A stretch of 64,000 nt of DNA from an uncultured Candidatus Saccharibacteria bacterium. GTDB lineage: Bacteria; Patescibacteriota; Minisyncoccia; Phycocordibacterales; UBA2100. Both the position numbers and the translations under genes were made by a program. Where the stretch lies: the NCBI GenBank assembly GCA_964512835.1, contig CAZELA010000001.1, positions 233,372 through 297,371 on the forward strand, in the 5' to 3' direction. This document shows positions 46,331 to 54,707 of this stretch, in pieces. How positions within the stretch are numbered: position 1 is the stretch's first letter; every line of letters begins with the position of its first letter. The notes below the pieces were generated by a model that saw only the letters and a list, made by a program, of their open reading frames with translations, had not been told where the DNA came from and ran no database searches.

Positions 46331-46507
46331 CACAAAATCAAAAAGCAGGGCATGTCCCTGCTTTTTGATTTTGTGGCACGGAAGTGGGACTCGAAAGCGA
46401 GTCCTGGGCCCCCGCGAGCACGTGGGGATGGACGAGCAGGGCAGAGAAACTTTTTAACGCGACGGCGTTAAAAAGTGTTCTTGGCCGAGTCCCACTTCCG
46501 GCTTTTT
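46331..46507 (+). repeat. tRNA-Leu(CAA) trailer element
   Basis: Terminator palindrome (46335-46371), inverted copy GCACGGAAGTGGGACTCGAA (46376-46395), hairpin ACTTTTTAACGC-GACG-GCGTTAAAAAGT (46449-46476), direct copy GAGTCCCACTTCCGGC plus TTTTT (46487-46507). Confidence 0.65.
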
Positions 46508-46560
46508 ACAATATGCGCATGTGTGGCATAATCGCCCCGGCAACATTCGGGAGGGCACAC

Positions 46561-46923
46561 ATGGCACTACGGGTTCCTGAGCCGGGTGACGAGATCGACG
46601 GACGGGTCATCGACGAAGTCGGTGAGCCGAGGGCGATCAAGGATCGTCACAGTATTGTCGTTGTACGAATGAGCGACAGAAAGTACGAGATCGTGTCGAT
46701 CACGGAGTTCCGGGCCGGTGAACAGAAGATGCGGTACTGGGAAACCGATAATGAACTCATACGCAGGGCGCTCGATACCGCGCTCGACTTTCCGGTCGCC
46801 GCAAGCGGCTCGGTGGGCGAGCTTCGCGTATGGGGCAAGACGGTGTTCGGTAATTTTTCAGCCGTAATCTTCTACGACGCCAAGAAAACCAGCGGTGTAC
46901 AGGATTCGTTCACGTATACCTGA
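46561..46923 (+). CDS. hypothetical protein
   Basis: RBS GGGAGGG; 120 aa. Confidence 0.4.
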   Translation: MALRVPEPGDEIDGRVIDEVGEPRAIKDRHSIVVVRMSDRKYEIVSITEFRAGEQKMRYWETDNELIRRALDTALDFPVAASGSVGELRVWGKTVFGNFSAVIFYDAKKTSGVQDSFTYT

Positions 46924-46991
46924 ATATGCACAGACTGCACACGGGGCCGCTTCAATGCGGCCCTTTTATTTTGGGATATAATCCGCGTCAT

Positions 46992-48002
46992 ATGGCAGGC
47001 GGCATGATGGATTCAATATATTGGGTAGAGGTAGATCGCATCGTTCCGAACCCGTACCAGCCTCGTAAAAGCTTTGACGAGGTCGCGCTTGCGTCACTCG
47101 CCGAAAGTATCCGTCAGTACGGCGTTTTGCAGCCGCTTACCGTTACCAAGAAGGAAACCGAACGCCCCGGTGAAGGTATTGCTGTTCATTACGAGCTGAT
47201 CGCGGGTGAGCGCCGTTTGCGCGCGTCGAAACTCGCAGGGCTTACCACGGTGCCTGTCGTGATCCGAACGGCAGAAGACACGGATCAAATGAAGCTCGAG
47301 CTTGCGATCATCGAAAACCTGCAGCGCGAGGACATTAATGCGCTGGACCGCGCAAAGGCTTTTAAGCAGCTCGTCGATTTGTTCGGACTGCAGCACAAAG
47401 AGATTGGTGCGCGTGTCGGCAAAAGCCGCGAGTACGTATCGAATACGCTCCGTATTTTGGCGTTGCCGGAGAGTATGCAGACGGCACTCGAGCATGGCGA
47501 GATCAGCGAGGGTCACACGCGACCGCTGCTCATGCTTGCTGACCGACCCGAAGAGCAGGAGACTTTGTTCAAAGAAATCGTATTGCGACGATTGACTGTC
47601 CGCGACGCGGAAGCGCTTGCGCGACGCGTTGCGATCGAAAAGGTCCGGCACAAGGCATTAGTGTCGCCCGATCTCATGTCGCTCGAAAAGCAGCTGTCAG
47701 AGCGCCTTGGCACGCGTGTGCGTATCGAAAAGAAGGACACCGGCGGCAAACTTCATATTGATTTCTTTTCTCCGGAAGACCTGACGAATCTCTGTATCGC
47801 ACTCACTGCTCAAGTAAACGCCGCACAGGCCACAGCTGCGCCCGCGATCGCTGCAGCGGTCACCGAAGCTGTCGCGTCACCGGTACAGCCGACCGAAGCT
47901 CCCGTAGAGACGGAAACAATGCCTGAGCCGCAGCCCGAAAAGACCCCTGAAGTGACAAAAGAGGAGGAGGATCTGTACTCGATTAAGAATTTCAGTCTCT
48001 AG
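46992..48002 (+). CDS. parB: ParB/Spo0J partition protein (no parA nearby)
   Basis: ParB box LQPLTVTK...YELIAGERRLRASKLAGL; HTH; Pro/Glu-rich C-terminal tail. Confidence 0.85.
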   Translation: MAGGMMDSIYWVEVDRIVPNPYQPRKSFDEVALASLAESIRQYGVLQPLTVTKKETERPGEGIAVHYELIAGERRLRASKLAGLTTVPVVIRTAEDTDQMKLELAIIENLQREDINALDRAKAFKQLVDLFGLQHKEIGARVGKSREYVSNTLRILALPESMQTALEHGEISEGHTRPLLMLADRPEEQETLFKEIVLRRLTVRDAEALARRVAIEKVRHKALVSPDLMSLEKQLSERLGTRVRIEKKDTGGKLHIDFFSPEDLTNLCIALTAQVNAAQATAAPAIAAAVTEAVASPVQPTEAPVETETMPEPQPEKTPEVTKEEEDLYSIKNFSL

Positions 48003-49547
48003 TTAGACTGATTTTCGTTGCTCCTGCGCAAGCGCCGCACGGATGTGCTTTTTTGCCATGTTTGTTTTTGCGATGTCGTGCCACTTGCGCGACGGTTTGG
48101 CCGAGGCCTTGGTGATTACCTCTACCATGTCGCCGTTTCGAAGTGCGGTATCGAGCGCAACCATTTTTCCGTTCACACGAGCGCCTGACATGCGGTTGCC
48201 GAGGTCGGAGTGCACCGCATAGGCAAAGTCGATCGGCGTCGCTTCCATCGGAAGGTCGATAACGTCGCCCTTTGGTGTGAACACGAAAACGCGATGACTG
48301 AAAAAGTCGCTCTTGAGTGTATCGAGATATTCGCCGGATGCCTCGCCGCCGTGTTGTACGTGTGCGAGTTCCTGCACCCACTCGGGCATGAGCGGCTGCA
48401 GTTCATCCTCTTCCAGAGTCGGTGCTGGTTTGCGCGCGCCGAATCCCGGGAAGAATTGACGTATCCACTCGAGTCCGCCGCGCTTACTGTCGCCGGCCTG
48501 CACGTCTTTGTACGTGAGGTGTGATGCGATGCCGTAGAGCGCTTCGCGATGCTGTGCTTCGGTGCGGAGTTGCATCTCAAGTGCACCGCCGTCGCCGGTG
48601 TAGACCGTCGTGTGAATTGACTGGTAGCCGTTCGGTTTTGGGAACGCAATGTAGTCCTTGATCTTGCCCGGCACCGGTCGCCAATGACCGTGAATGATCC
48701 CGAGTGCCGAATAACAATCAGCGACAGTGGGGAAGATGATGCGCAGTGCCAAGATGTCGTAGATCTTAGTTATGTCCCAGTCTTTGCGTTCGAGTTTTCT
48801 GTAGAGGCTATACACGCCCTTAATGCGCGCTTCGGTGCGGAAATTACGGATGCCGGCATCGGCGAGCTCGCGTTTGAGATCATGCTCGGTCTTTTCGAGG
48901 CGCTTTTCGTTTTCGTTGCGGCGCTCCTTTAATAGCTCGCGGGTCTTTTCGTACTCCTTAGGATGTGCCCACGGGAACGCGGCGTCTTCGAGTTCCTGCT
49001 TTGCCACGGACATACCGAGTCGATCGGCGATCGGTGCATAGATCTCGAGTGTCTCGAGTGCGATACGGGTACGCTTCTCGATTTTCGGTACGTGCTCAAG
49101 CGTGCGGGCATTGTGGAGGCGATCCATCAATTTAATGATGAGAACGCGGATGTCTTTGGCGGTAGCCGCAAACAGTTTGCGAAGCGATTCGGTATGGCGT
49201 TCCATGCCGCGATAGCGCAGTGTGCCGAGCTTCGTGACGCCTTCGACAAGAACGAGCACGTCTTCGCCGAATTGCTCGGATATGGTCTGCGGCTTCACGC
49301 CTGCATCCTCGATGGTGTCGTGTAGTAGGCCCGCTGCAATTGCTGCGGCATCCATACCCACCTGCGCCAGATAAAATCCGACTTCTGCCGTGTGTACAAA
49401 GTACGGGTCGCCTGAGTATCTTTTTTGCGGGCGGTGTGCCTCTTCGGCAAAGTCGTAGGCCCGGGTTACGAGCGATACGTCCTCGGGCGACTTCGACGTC
49501 ATCTCTGAAAGGATGGCTTTCAGCGGCCTCGGAGTGACGGATGTCAT
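48003..49547 (-). CDS. rel: bifunctional (p)ppGpp synthetase/hydrolase, short RelA/SpoT family
   Basis: HD domain HDTIEDAG, synthetase domain, TGS domain; 514 aa, no ACT domain. Confidence 0.85.
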   Translation of the reverse strand: MTSVTPRPLKAILSEMTSKSPEDVSLVTRAYDFAEEAHRPQKRYSGDPYFVHTAEVGFYLAQVGMDAAAIAAGLLHDTIEDAGVKPQTISEQFGEDVLVLVEGVTKLGTLRYRGMERHTESLRKLFAATAKDIRVLIIKLMDRLHNARTLEHVPKIEKRTRIALETLEIYAPIADRLGMSVAKQELEDAAFPWAHPKEYEKTRELLKERRNENEKRLEKTEHDLKRELADAGIRNFRTEARIKGVYSLYRKLERKDWDITKIYDILALRIIFPTVADCYSALGIIHGHWRPVPGKIKDYIAFPKPNGYQSIHTTVYTGDGGALEMQLRTEAQHREALYGIASHLTYKDVQAGDSKRGGLEWIRQFFPGFGARKPAPTLEEDELQPLMPEWVQELAHVQHGGEASGEYLDTLKSDFFSHRVFVFTPKGDVIDLPMEATPIDFAYAVHSDLGNRMSGARVNGKMVALDTALRNGDMVEVITKASAKPSRKWHDIAKTNMAKKHIRAALAQEQRKSV

Positions 49548-49622
49548 CCATTGATACTACTCTGAGACCCGGTTCGGTCAAATCACATGAACTGAAAAGC
49601 GGCGCTCGGAGCGCAGCTTTCC

Positions 49623-49733
49623 TTACTTCTTTTTCTTCGCCGTCTTCTTGTCGGATGATGCCCCCTCCAGCTTATGCGGGTTGTGCATGGGACATGTTTT
49701 TTGACTACAGCGCTCCGGAATCGTTTTTGGTCA
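49623..49733 (-). pseudogene. displaced duplicate of the topA 3'-terminal coding segment
   Basis: Minus-strand translation between stops: PKTIPERCSQKTCPMHNPHKLEGASSDKKTAKKKK versus the topA C-terminus ...TKTIPERCSQKTCPMHNPHKLEGVAKKKK; 29-bp identical core CCCTCCAGCTTATGCGGGTTGTGCATGGG. Confidence 0.7.
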
Positions 49734-49829
49734 CACGTTCGTGTCGTCCCGTCGGACGCCACGACGTGCGACCCCGGCTCAGGATCGCACGCTGCTGCGT
49801 GCGATATCCTTCCGCCTCACAAAAACGAA

Positions 49830-49851
49830 ACACGAGGCGCAGGCCTCGTGT
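49830..49851 (-). terminator. topA terminator hairpin abutting the stop codon
   Basis: ACACGAGGCCTGCGCCTCGTGT then TTTCGTTTTTG on the minus strand. Confidence 0.6.
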
Positions 49852-52044
49852 TTACTTCTTCTTTTTGGCGACACCCTCCAGCTTATGCGGGTTGTGCATG
49901 GGGCATGTCTTTTGGCTGCATCGTTCCGGGATCGTCTTTGTGCCTTCCATCATGAGCGAGTCACATAGCTTGCAGCGAGCTCCCGTGGGTCGGGCTTTGA
50001 TTGCATTCTTACACTTAGGGTAGTTGGAGCACGCGTAGAATAAACCGAATCGTCCGCGTCGTTCCACCATCTCTCCGTCGCTGCAGATATTGCACTTCAC
50101 GCCGGTCTTTGCCTTCGCTTCCTGTTCCGGGTCTTGCTTCACGAATTTGCACTTAGGGAAGTTCGAGCAGGCGATGAACGGTCCGAATCGGCCTTCGCGC
50201 AGGATCAGTTTGCCGCCCTTCGTTTCGCCGCAATCGGGACAGACTTCGCCGATTTCCTTGGGTGGCGGGATCTCACTGCCGTCCTCGCGTCGCGCACCAA
50301 GACACTCGGGGAATTTCTTGCACGACATAAACCGGCCCGCTTTGGAGAGTTTGTATTCCATCGGACCCTTACAGATCGGACAGGGGAATTCCTCGGGGGC
50401 ATCACCCATGCCGGTGATCTTTGCGATCTTCTCCTTGCCTTTGACCGCTTTCTTGAACGGTGTGTAGAAATCTTTGAGAGTTTTCTCGTATTCTCGAGTG
50501 CCGTCAGAGATCTCATCGAGTTCGTTCTCCATCTCCGCGGTGAACGTGTCCGAAATATACTCACCGAAATTATTCTCAATGAACGTGGACACAACGTCGC
50601 CGGTTGCCGTCGGGATCATGGTGCGACCCTGCTTTTCCACATAGCCGCGCGTCTCGAGTGTGCGGATGATCGACGCATAGGTCGACGGTCGACCGATGCC
50701 GCGACTTTCGAGCTCCTTCACAAGACCTGCCTCTGAATAGCGTCCCGGCGGCTGCGTTTCCTTGCCTTCGGTGTGCGCTTCTACGAGATCGAGCGGATCG
50801 TGCGCTGCAACCTTCGGCAGCTCCACGTCTTCGCCGCGGGCATCCGGATCTGCTGCGAGCCAGCCGTCGAATGTAACGCGGGAGCCGTTGGCGGAAAAAT
50901 CGGGGATGGTTGCACCGCTGACGTTTGCGATGATCTTCGTTCGAAGGGTCTTCGCGTCGGCCATTTGACTCGAGAGTGCTCGGGCACGGATGAGTGTATA
51001 GAGCTTCTTCTGCTCTTCGTTGTTGCCGCATGTTGCTTTGTGCGGATTGGTCGGACGTACAGCTTCGTGTGCCTCCTGCGCATTCTTGCTTTTTGATTTG
51101 TATTCACGTGCCTCTACATACGCTGCGCCGAATTCGCTTGTAGCAACTGCAACGAGCGCCGCCTGCGCTTCCTTGGCGAGGTTCGGACTATCGGTTCGCA
51201 TATAGGTGATGTGACCGGCTTCGTAGAGTTTCTGCGCGATACCCATCGTGCGGGACGGAGAGAACCCGAGCCGGGTCGACGCGGCCTGTTGCAGTGTGGA
51301 TGTTGTGAACGGTGCACGCGGCGAGCGTTTTGCTTCGGACTCATCAACGGAAATGACTTTCCAATCTTTTGTGGTCGCCGCCTTGTAGATGCGCTCGGCC
51401 TCTGCCTCGGTCTTCGGCTCCTCGACGCAGGTAACCGTGAATTGCTCTTTTTTCTTTGTTTTGACATCGGCGCTCACCACCCAAAACTTCTCGGGGACGA
51501 ATGCACGGATCTCGCGCTCGCGCTCCATAATGATGCGGAGTGCCGGCGATTGCACGCGGCCGGCCGACAAGCCATACCGCACCTTTTTCCATATGAGGCC
51601 GGAGAGGTCGTAGCCGAAGAGGCGGTCGAGGACGCGACGGGCTTCCTGGGCGGATACGAGTTGCTCATCGATCTTGCGGGGGTGGGCAATCGCTTCCTGT
51701 ACGGCATTCTCCGTAATCTCGTGAAATACGATGCGTTTCGGCTTTTTGAGTCCGATCGTAACGGCCAAATGGTGCGCGATCGCTTCGCCCTCGCGGTCTG
51801 GGTCTGTTGCAAGAATAACCTCAGTCGAGCGACCGGCAATGTCCTTCAGTTCATCGATGATTTTCTGTTTTTCTTTCACGATCTGATAGCGCGGCACAAA
51901 ACCGCCCTCGATATCGACGGCGTCTTTATTGCTTTTCGGCAGATCGCGTATGTGGCCCACCGATGCACGGACCGTGTATCCGTGACCCAGATACTTTTCG
52001 ATCGTTTTTGCTTTGGCGGGGGATTCAACGATGACTAATTTCAT
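49852..52044 (-). CDS. topA: DNA topoisomerase I
   Basis: Toprim plus topo IA core, C-terminal C4 zinc ribbons, Lys-rich tail; 730 aa. Confidence 0.95.
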   Translation of the reverse strand: MKLVIVESPAKAKTIEKYLGHGYTVRASVGHIRDLPKSNKDAVDIEGGFVPRYQIVKEKQKIIDELKDIAGRSTEVILATDPDREGEAIAHHLAVTIGLKKPKRIVFHEITENAVQEAIAHPRKIDEQLVSAQEARRVLDRLFGYDLSGLIWKKVRYGLSAGRVQSPALRIIMEREREIRAFVPEKFWVVSADVKTKKKEQFTVTCVEEPKTEAEAERIYKAATTKDWKVISVDESEAKRSPRAPFTTSTLQQAASTRLGFSPSRTMGIAQKLYEAGHITYMRTDSPNLAKEAQAALVAVATSEFGAAYVEAREYKSKSKNAQEAHEAVRPTNPHKATCGNNEEQKKLYTLIRARALSSQMADAKTLRTKIIANVSGATIPDFSANGSRVTFDGWLAADPDARGEDVELPKVAAHDPLDLVEAHTEGKETQPPGRYSEAGLVKELESRGIGRPSTYASIIRTLETRGYVEKQGRTMIPTATGDVVSTFIENNFGEYISDTFTAEMENELDEISDGTREYEKTLKDFYTPFKKAVKGKEKIAKITGMGDAPEEFPCPICKGPMEYKLSKAGRFMSCKKFPECLGARREDGSEIPPPKEIGEVCPDCGETKGGKLILREGRFGPFIACSNFPKCKFVKQDPEQEAKAKTGVKCNICSDGEMVERRGRFGLFYACSNYPKCKNAIKARPTGARCKLCDSLMMEGTKTIPERCSQKTCPMHNPHKLEGVAKKKK

Positions 52045-52166
52045 ACGAAGCGGATTGATACCTTACTACACTAGCACATGTCAAATATCGGGCGTGAAAT
52101 TTTTTATCAAAAAACAAAAACGTCCGGCGCGAACGACGGACGTTTTGATCAAGAAAACGAAAGAAC

Positions 52167-52700
52167 TTACTTCAACTCACGGGCATGGATATTGCATCGC
52201 TTCTTCGTGCCGAGTCGCACCGTGAAGTGGAAACCGCACTGCTTGTTGTCCTTGCCGCGATGACCGCACTGCTTGTTCCAGTCGCTCGTCATCTTGCCCA
52301 CGAATCCCGGTGAAGGTTCCCCGGCAGGCTCAGCAATGAATCCCTGGTGCGTACCGCTACTCATCTGTAACTCCTTGTGTGTGGTTGGTTCGGAGGGTGG
52401 GGCAGGCGCCCGCTGCTTCTGCGTGGGTGCCACGGCGGGTGTATGCGGAGGCACCTTCGTCTCACGTCGCGAAACGGCTGTTTTCGGCACCCGAGCCGCA
52501 CGGACTGCTGTGCTGCTCCTCGTTGCGGCCGTCACGCCGGGCAGGTGCGTGTGTCGATAGCCGACTATCTGTCCCTTTGTGGCCGACAGCTCGACAGCGA
52601 TCTGTTGGTCCGACATGCCTGTATTCCACAGTGTGGCGATGCGCTCGAGACGTGTAGCGTGATCGAAATCAGTCCACGTTGGCTTCTTTCGTTTTGCCAT
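52167..52700 (-). CDS. GcrA-like domain protein
   Basis: PTWTDFDHATRLERIATLWNTGMSDQQIAVELSATKGQIVGYRHTH resembles the GcrA N-terminal domain; Cys/His-rich C-terminus; GC-rich. Confidence 0.5.
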   Translation of the reverse strand: MAKRKKPTWTDFDHATRLERIATLWNTGMSDQQIAVELSATKGQIVGYRHTHLPGVTAATRSSTAVRAARVPKTAVSRRETKVPPHTPAVAPTQKQRAPAPPSEPTTHKELQMSSGTHQGFIAEPAGEPSPGFVGKMTSDWNKQCGHRGKDNKQCGFHFTVRLGTKKRCNIHARELK

Positions 52701-52831
52701 AATGTCGCTCCGTTGTAGCGGTGTAATGCAACGCAACAGAAGCAACGCAACAATCTACTCACGCGATGCTAACAAATGGAAACGGTGCACGCCAGAAACA
52801 AACAGGCGCTCCATGGGAGCGCCTGCATTCT

Positions 52832-53731
52832 TCATTCAGCCGGAACAAGTGCGTGCAGTCGGTCAGCTTCTGCGATTACCTCACGAGCATGGGCAATCCG
52901 CACCTCGTCATCAGTCGGGGCAGGTAAGCGAGGAATGACGACCGAGTCGATCAGAGCCATGCGCTCTTGAAGAGAGAGCTTTCTGGATCGCGGCCGCTTT
53001 GGTGTAGGCGGCTTCCGCTGTATCGCAACGACCCGCGGGCGGCTGCTCCGTTTCTTGCGCACTCCGCGTGCAAGGTTTTCGGAGCACGTCCAGAACAGTC
53101 TCTCGGCGTCATCCGTGGCTGCATCGCGCATACGGTCAATCTTGCCGAGCACGGCGCATCGGCCGCCGTCGTTGCAGTGCGTAAAGATGCCGAGTTTCTC
53201 GGCGATCTCGTATGCCGTCAGACCTTGCGCGCAACACAGTGCCAGCTCTGCAACGTGACCGATCGTCCATCTCGCTCGATGGCGACCGATCGTTCGCTTT
53301 GAAACTCCGTCAGTTGATCGCACAAAGCGCCGGTCACGCCGATCCCAAAACGCGAGCTCAGCAGCGGAGCATGCGGTGCGCCGGTGAATCGTTGCGCGTT
53401 TGCGGATCTCTGTGTGCGGGTCGGCATATGCGGCAAGAAACGGCAACATGCGTACCATCTTCTGTGCGGTGACGCCCTCGCTCCACATGCGCGCAAGCGC
53501 AATGTCCGCTTCGTGTGACCATCCCGGCAGGGAACGGCTCCAAAATGCGCGCTCAGCATCGCTGTGTGCCGCTTTGCGCAATCGGTCGATGCGACCGAGC
53601 ACGGCACTCTTTCCCTTATCGCGATATCTGTGGAGAACATCAAACTGTGCGGCGACCTCGGTGGCGCTCAAGCCCTCGTGCCACGCCCGCACGAGCGCTA
53701 CGTCGCGTTCGTGTGTCCAGACACTGTGCAT
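52832..53731 (-). CDS. protein with three tandem GcrA-like N-terminal domains
   Basis: Three repeats of W-T/S-x-E/H...L...W.EG.SA/T..IA...SAVLG+IDR+R; GC-rich. Confidence 0.5.
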   Translation of the reverse strand: MHSVWTHERDVALVRAWHEGLSATEVAAQFDVLHRYRDKGKSAVLGRIDRLRKAAHSDAERAFWSRSLPGWSHEADIALARMWSEGVTAQKMVRMLPFLAAYADPHTEIRKRATIHRRTACSAAELAFWDRRDRRFVRSTDGVSKRTIGRHRARWTIGHVAELALCCAQGLTAYEIAEKLGIFTHCNDGGRCAVLGKIDRMRDAATDDAERLFWTCSENLARGVRKKRSSRPRVVAIQRKPPTPKRPRSRKLSLQERMALIDSVVIPRLPAPTDDEVRIAHAREVIAEADRLHALVPAE

Positions 53732-53806
53732 GGTGATGCCTCGTACTTGTGAACTGTTTGAACGATACACCCCGGCGAGGGGTATGCAATCCGCTTAGAA
53801 AAAAAG

Positions 53807-54670
53807 CTACCGTGCGCGCACGAGGCCGAGTTCTTCGGTTATCAATCCTTTGATCTCCATCGCAGACAGAAGCACATTGGCTTCTGAAATATCAATAGCG
53901 AGCGCTCCAAGGAGCTCATCGCGCGAGAGCGGCGAGACAATGATGGTAAGAACGCGGCGCTCGTCGTCAGATAAGTCATCGCGCATGCTCGCGAAATTCT
54001 CGCCGTCGCGTTTTGTGATACCCAGTGCCGCCAAAATGTCGTCTGGCGAAGTGATCGCGGTCGCGCCGAGTCTTAAAAATTGCAGGGTGCCCCGGCTCGT
54101 TTCGCTGAAGATCGATCCGGGAACGACCAAGAGTTCGCGATTGTATTCGACTGCGAGACGGGCCGTGATAAGCGTCCCGGACTTTTCCTTTGCTTCGATC
54201 AGGAGTGTGGCGTGTGACATGCCGGCCATGATTCGATTGCGTTGCGGAAACGTGTAGTCAGTTCCCGGCTGAGTCGGTTCAAATTCGTTCAGCAGAGCGC
54301 CGCCGCTTCGCAGGATATCGCGCGCGAGCTGTACGTTTGCGCGCGGTGAGATCGTGCCCCAGTCGAGTCCGGAGCCGGGCACGCCGATGCAGGTAAGTCC
54401 GCTGCGGAGCGCCGCCTTGTGTGCCTCGGCGTCCACACCGTACGCCAGGCCGGAGACGATCACGATGGGGTAACCGCGTAGACCCTCTATTAAATGAGTG
54501 ATAGCCGCCCGACCGTAGGGGGAAACTGCGCGAGAGCCGACGACGGCGAGGTATTTCATGTCGTTGCCGGGTAGCTCACCGCGAACGTACAGGCGTTTGG
54601 GGCGGTCGGGAATTTCCCTCAGCAGGGTCGGGAATTCGGCGGGCGTAAGCTGTTTGAGCGCCTGCTCCAT
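53807..54670 (-). CDS. dprA: DNA processing protein DprA (Smf)
   Basis: DprA Rossmann domain VVSGLAYGVDAEAHKAAL...TIGVPGSGLD; start at MEQALKQ (the track ORF N-terminus is an out-of-frame artefact over serS). Confidence 0.8.
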   Translation of the reverse strand: MEQALKQLTPAEFPTLLREIPDRPKRLYVRGELPGNDMKYLAVVGSRAVSPYGRAAITHLIEGLRGYPIVIVSGLAYGVDAEAHKAALRSGLTCIGVPGSGLDWGTISPRANVQLARDILRSGGALLNEFEPTQPGTDYTFPQRNRIMAGMSHATLLIEAKEKSGTLITARLAVEYNRELLVVPGSIFSETSRGTLQFLRLGATAITSPDDILAALGITKRDGENFASMRDDLSDDERRVLTIIVSPLSRDELLGALAIDISEANVLLSAMEIKGLITEELGLVRAR

Positions 54671-54707
54671 AGTGCTATCATACCGTAACGCCACGAAGCC
54701 CACGTTC

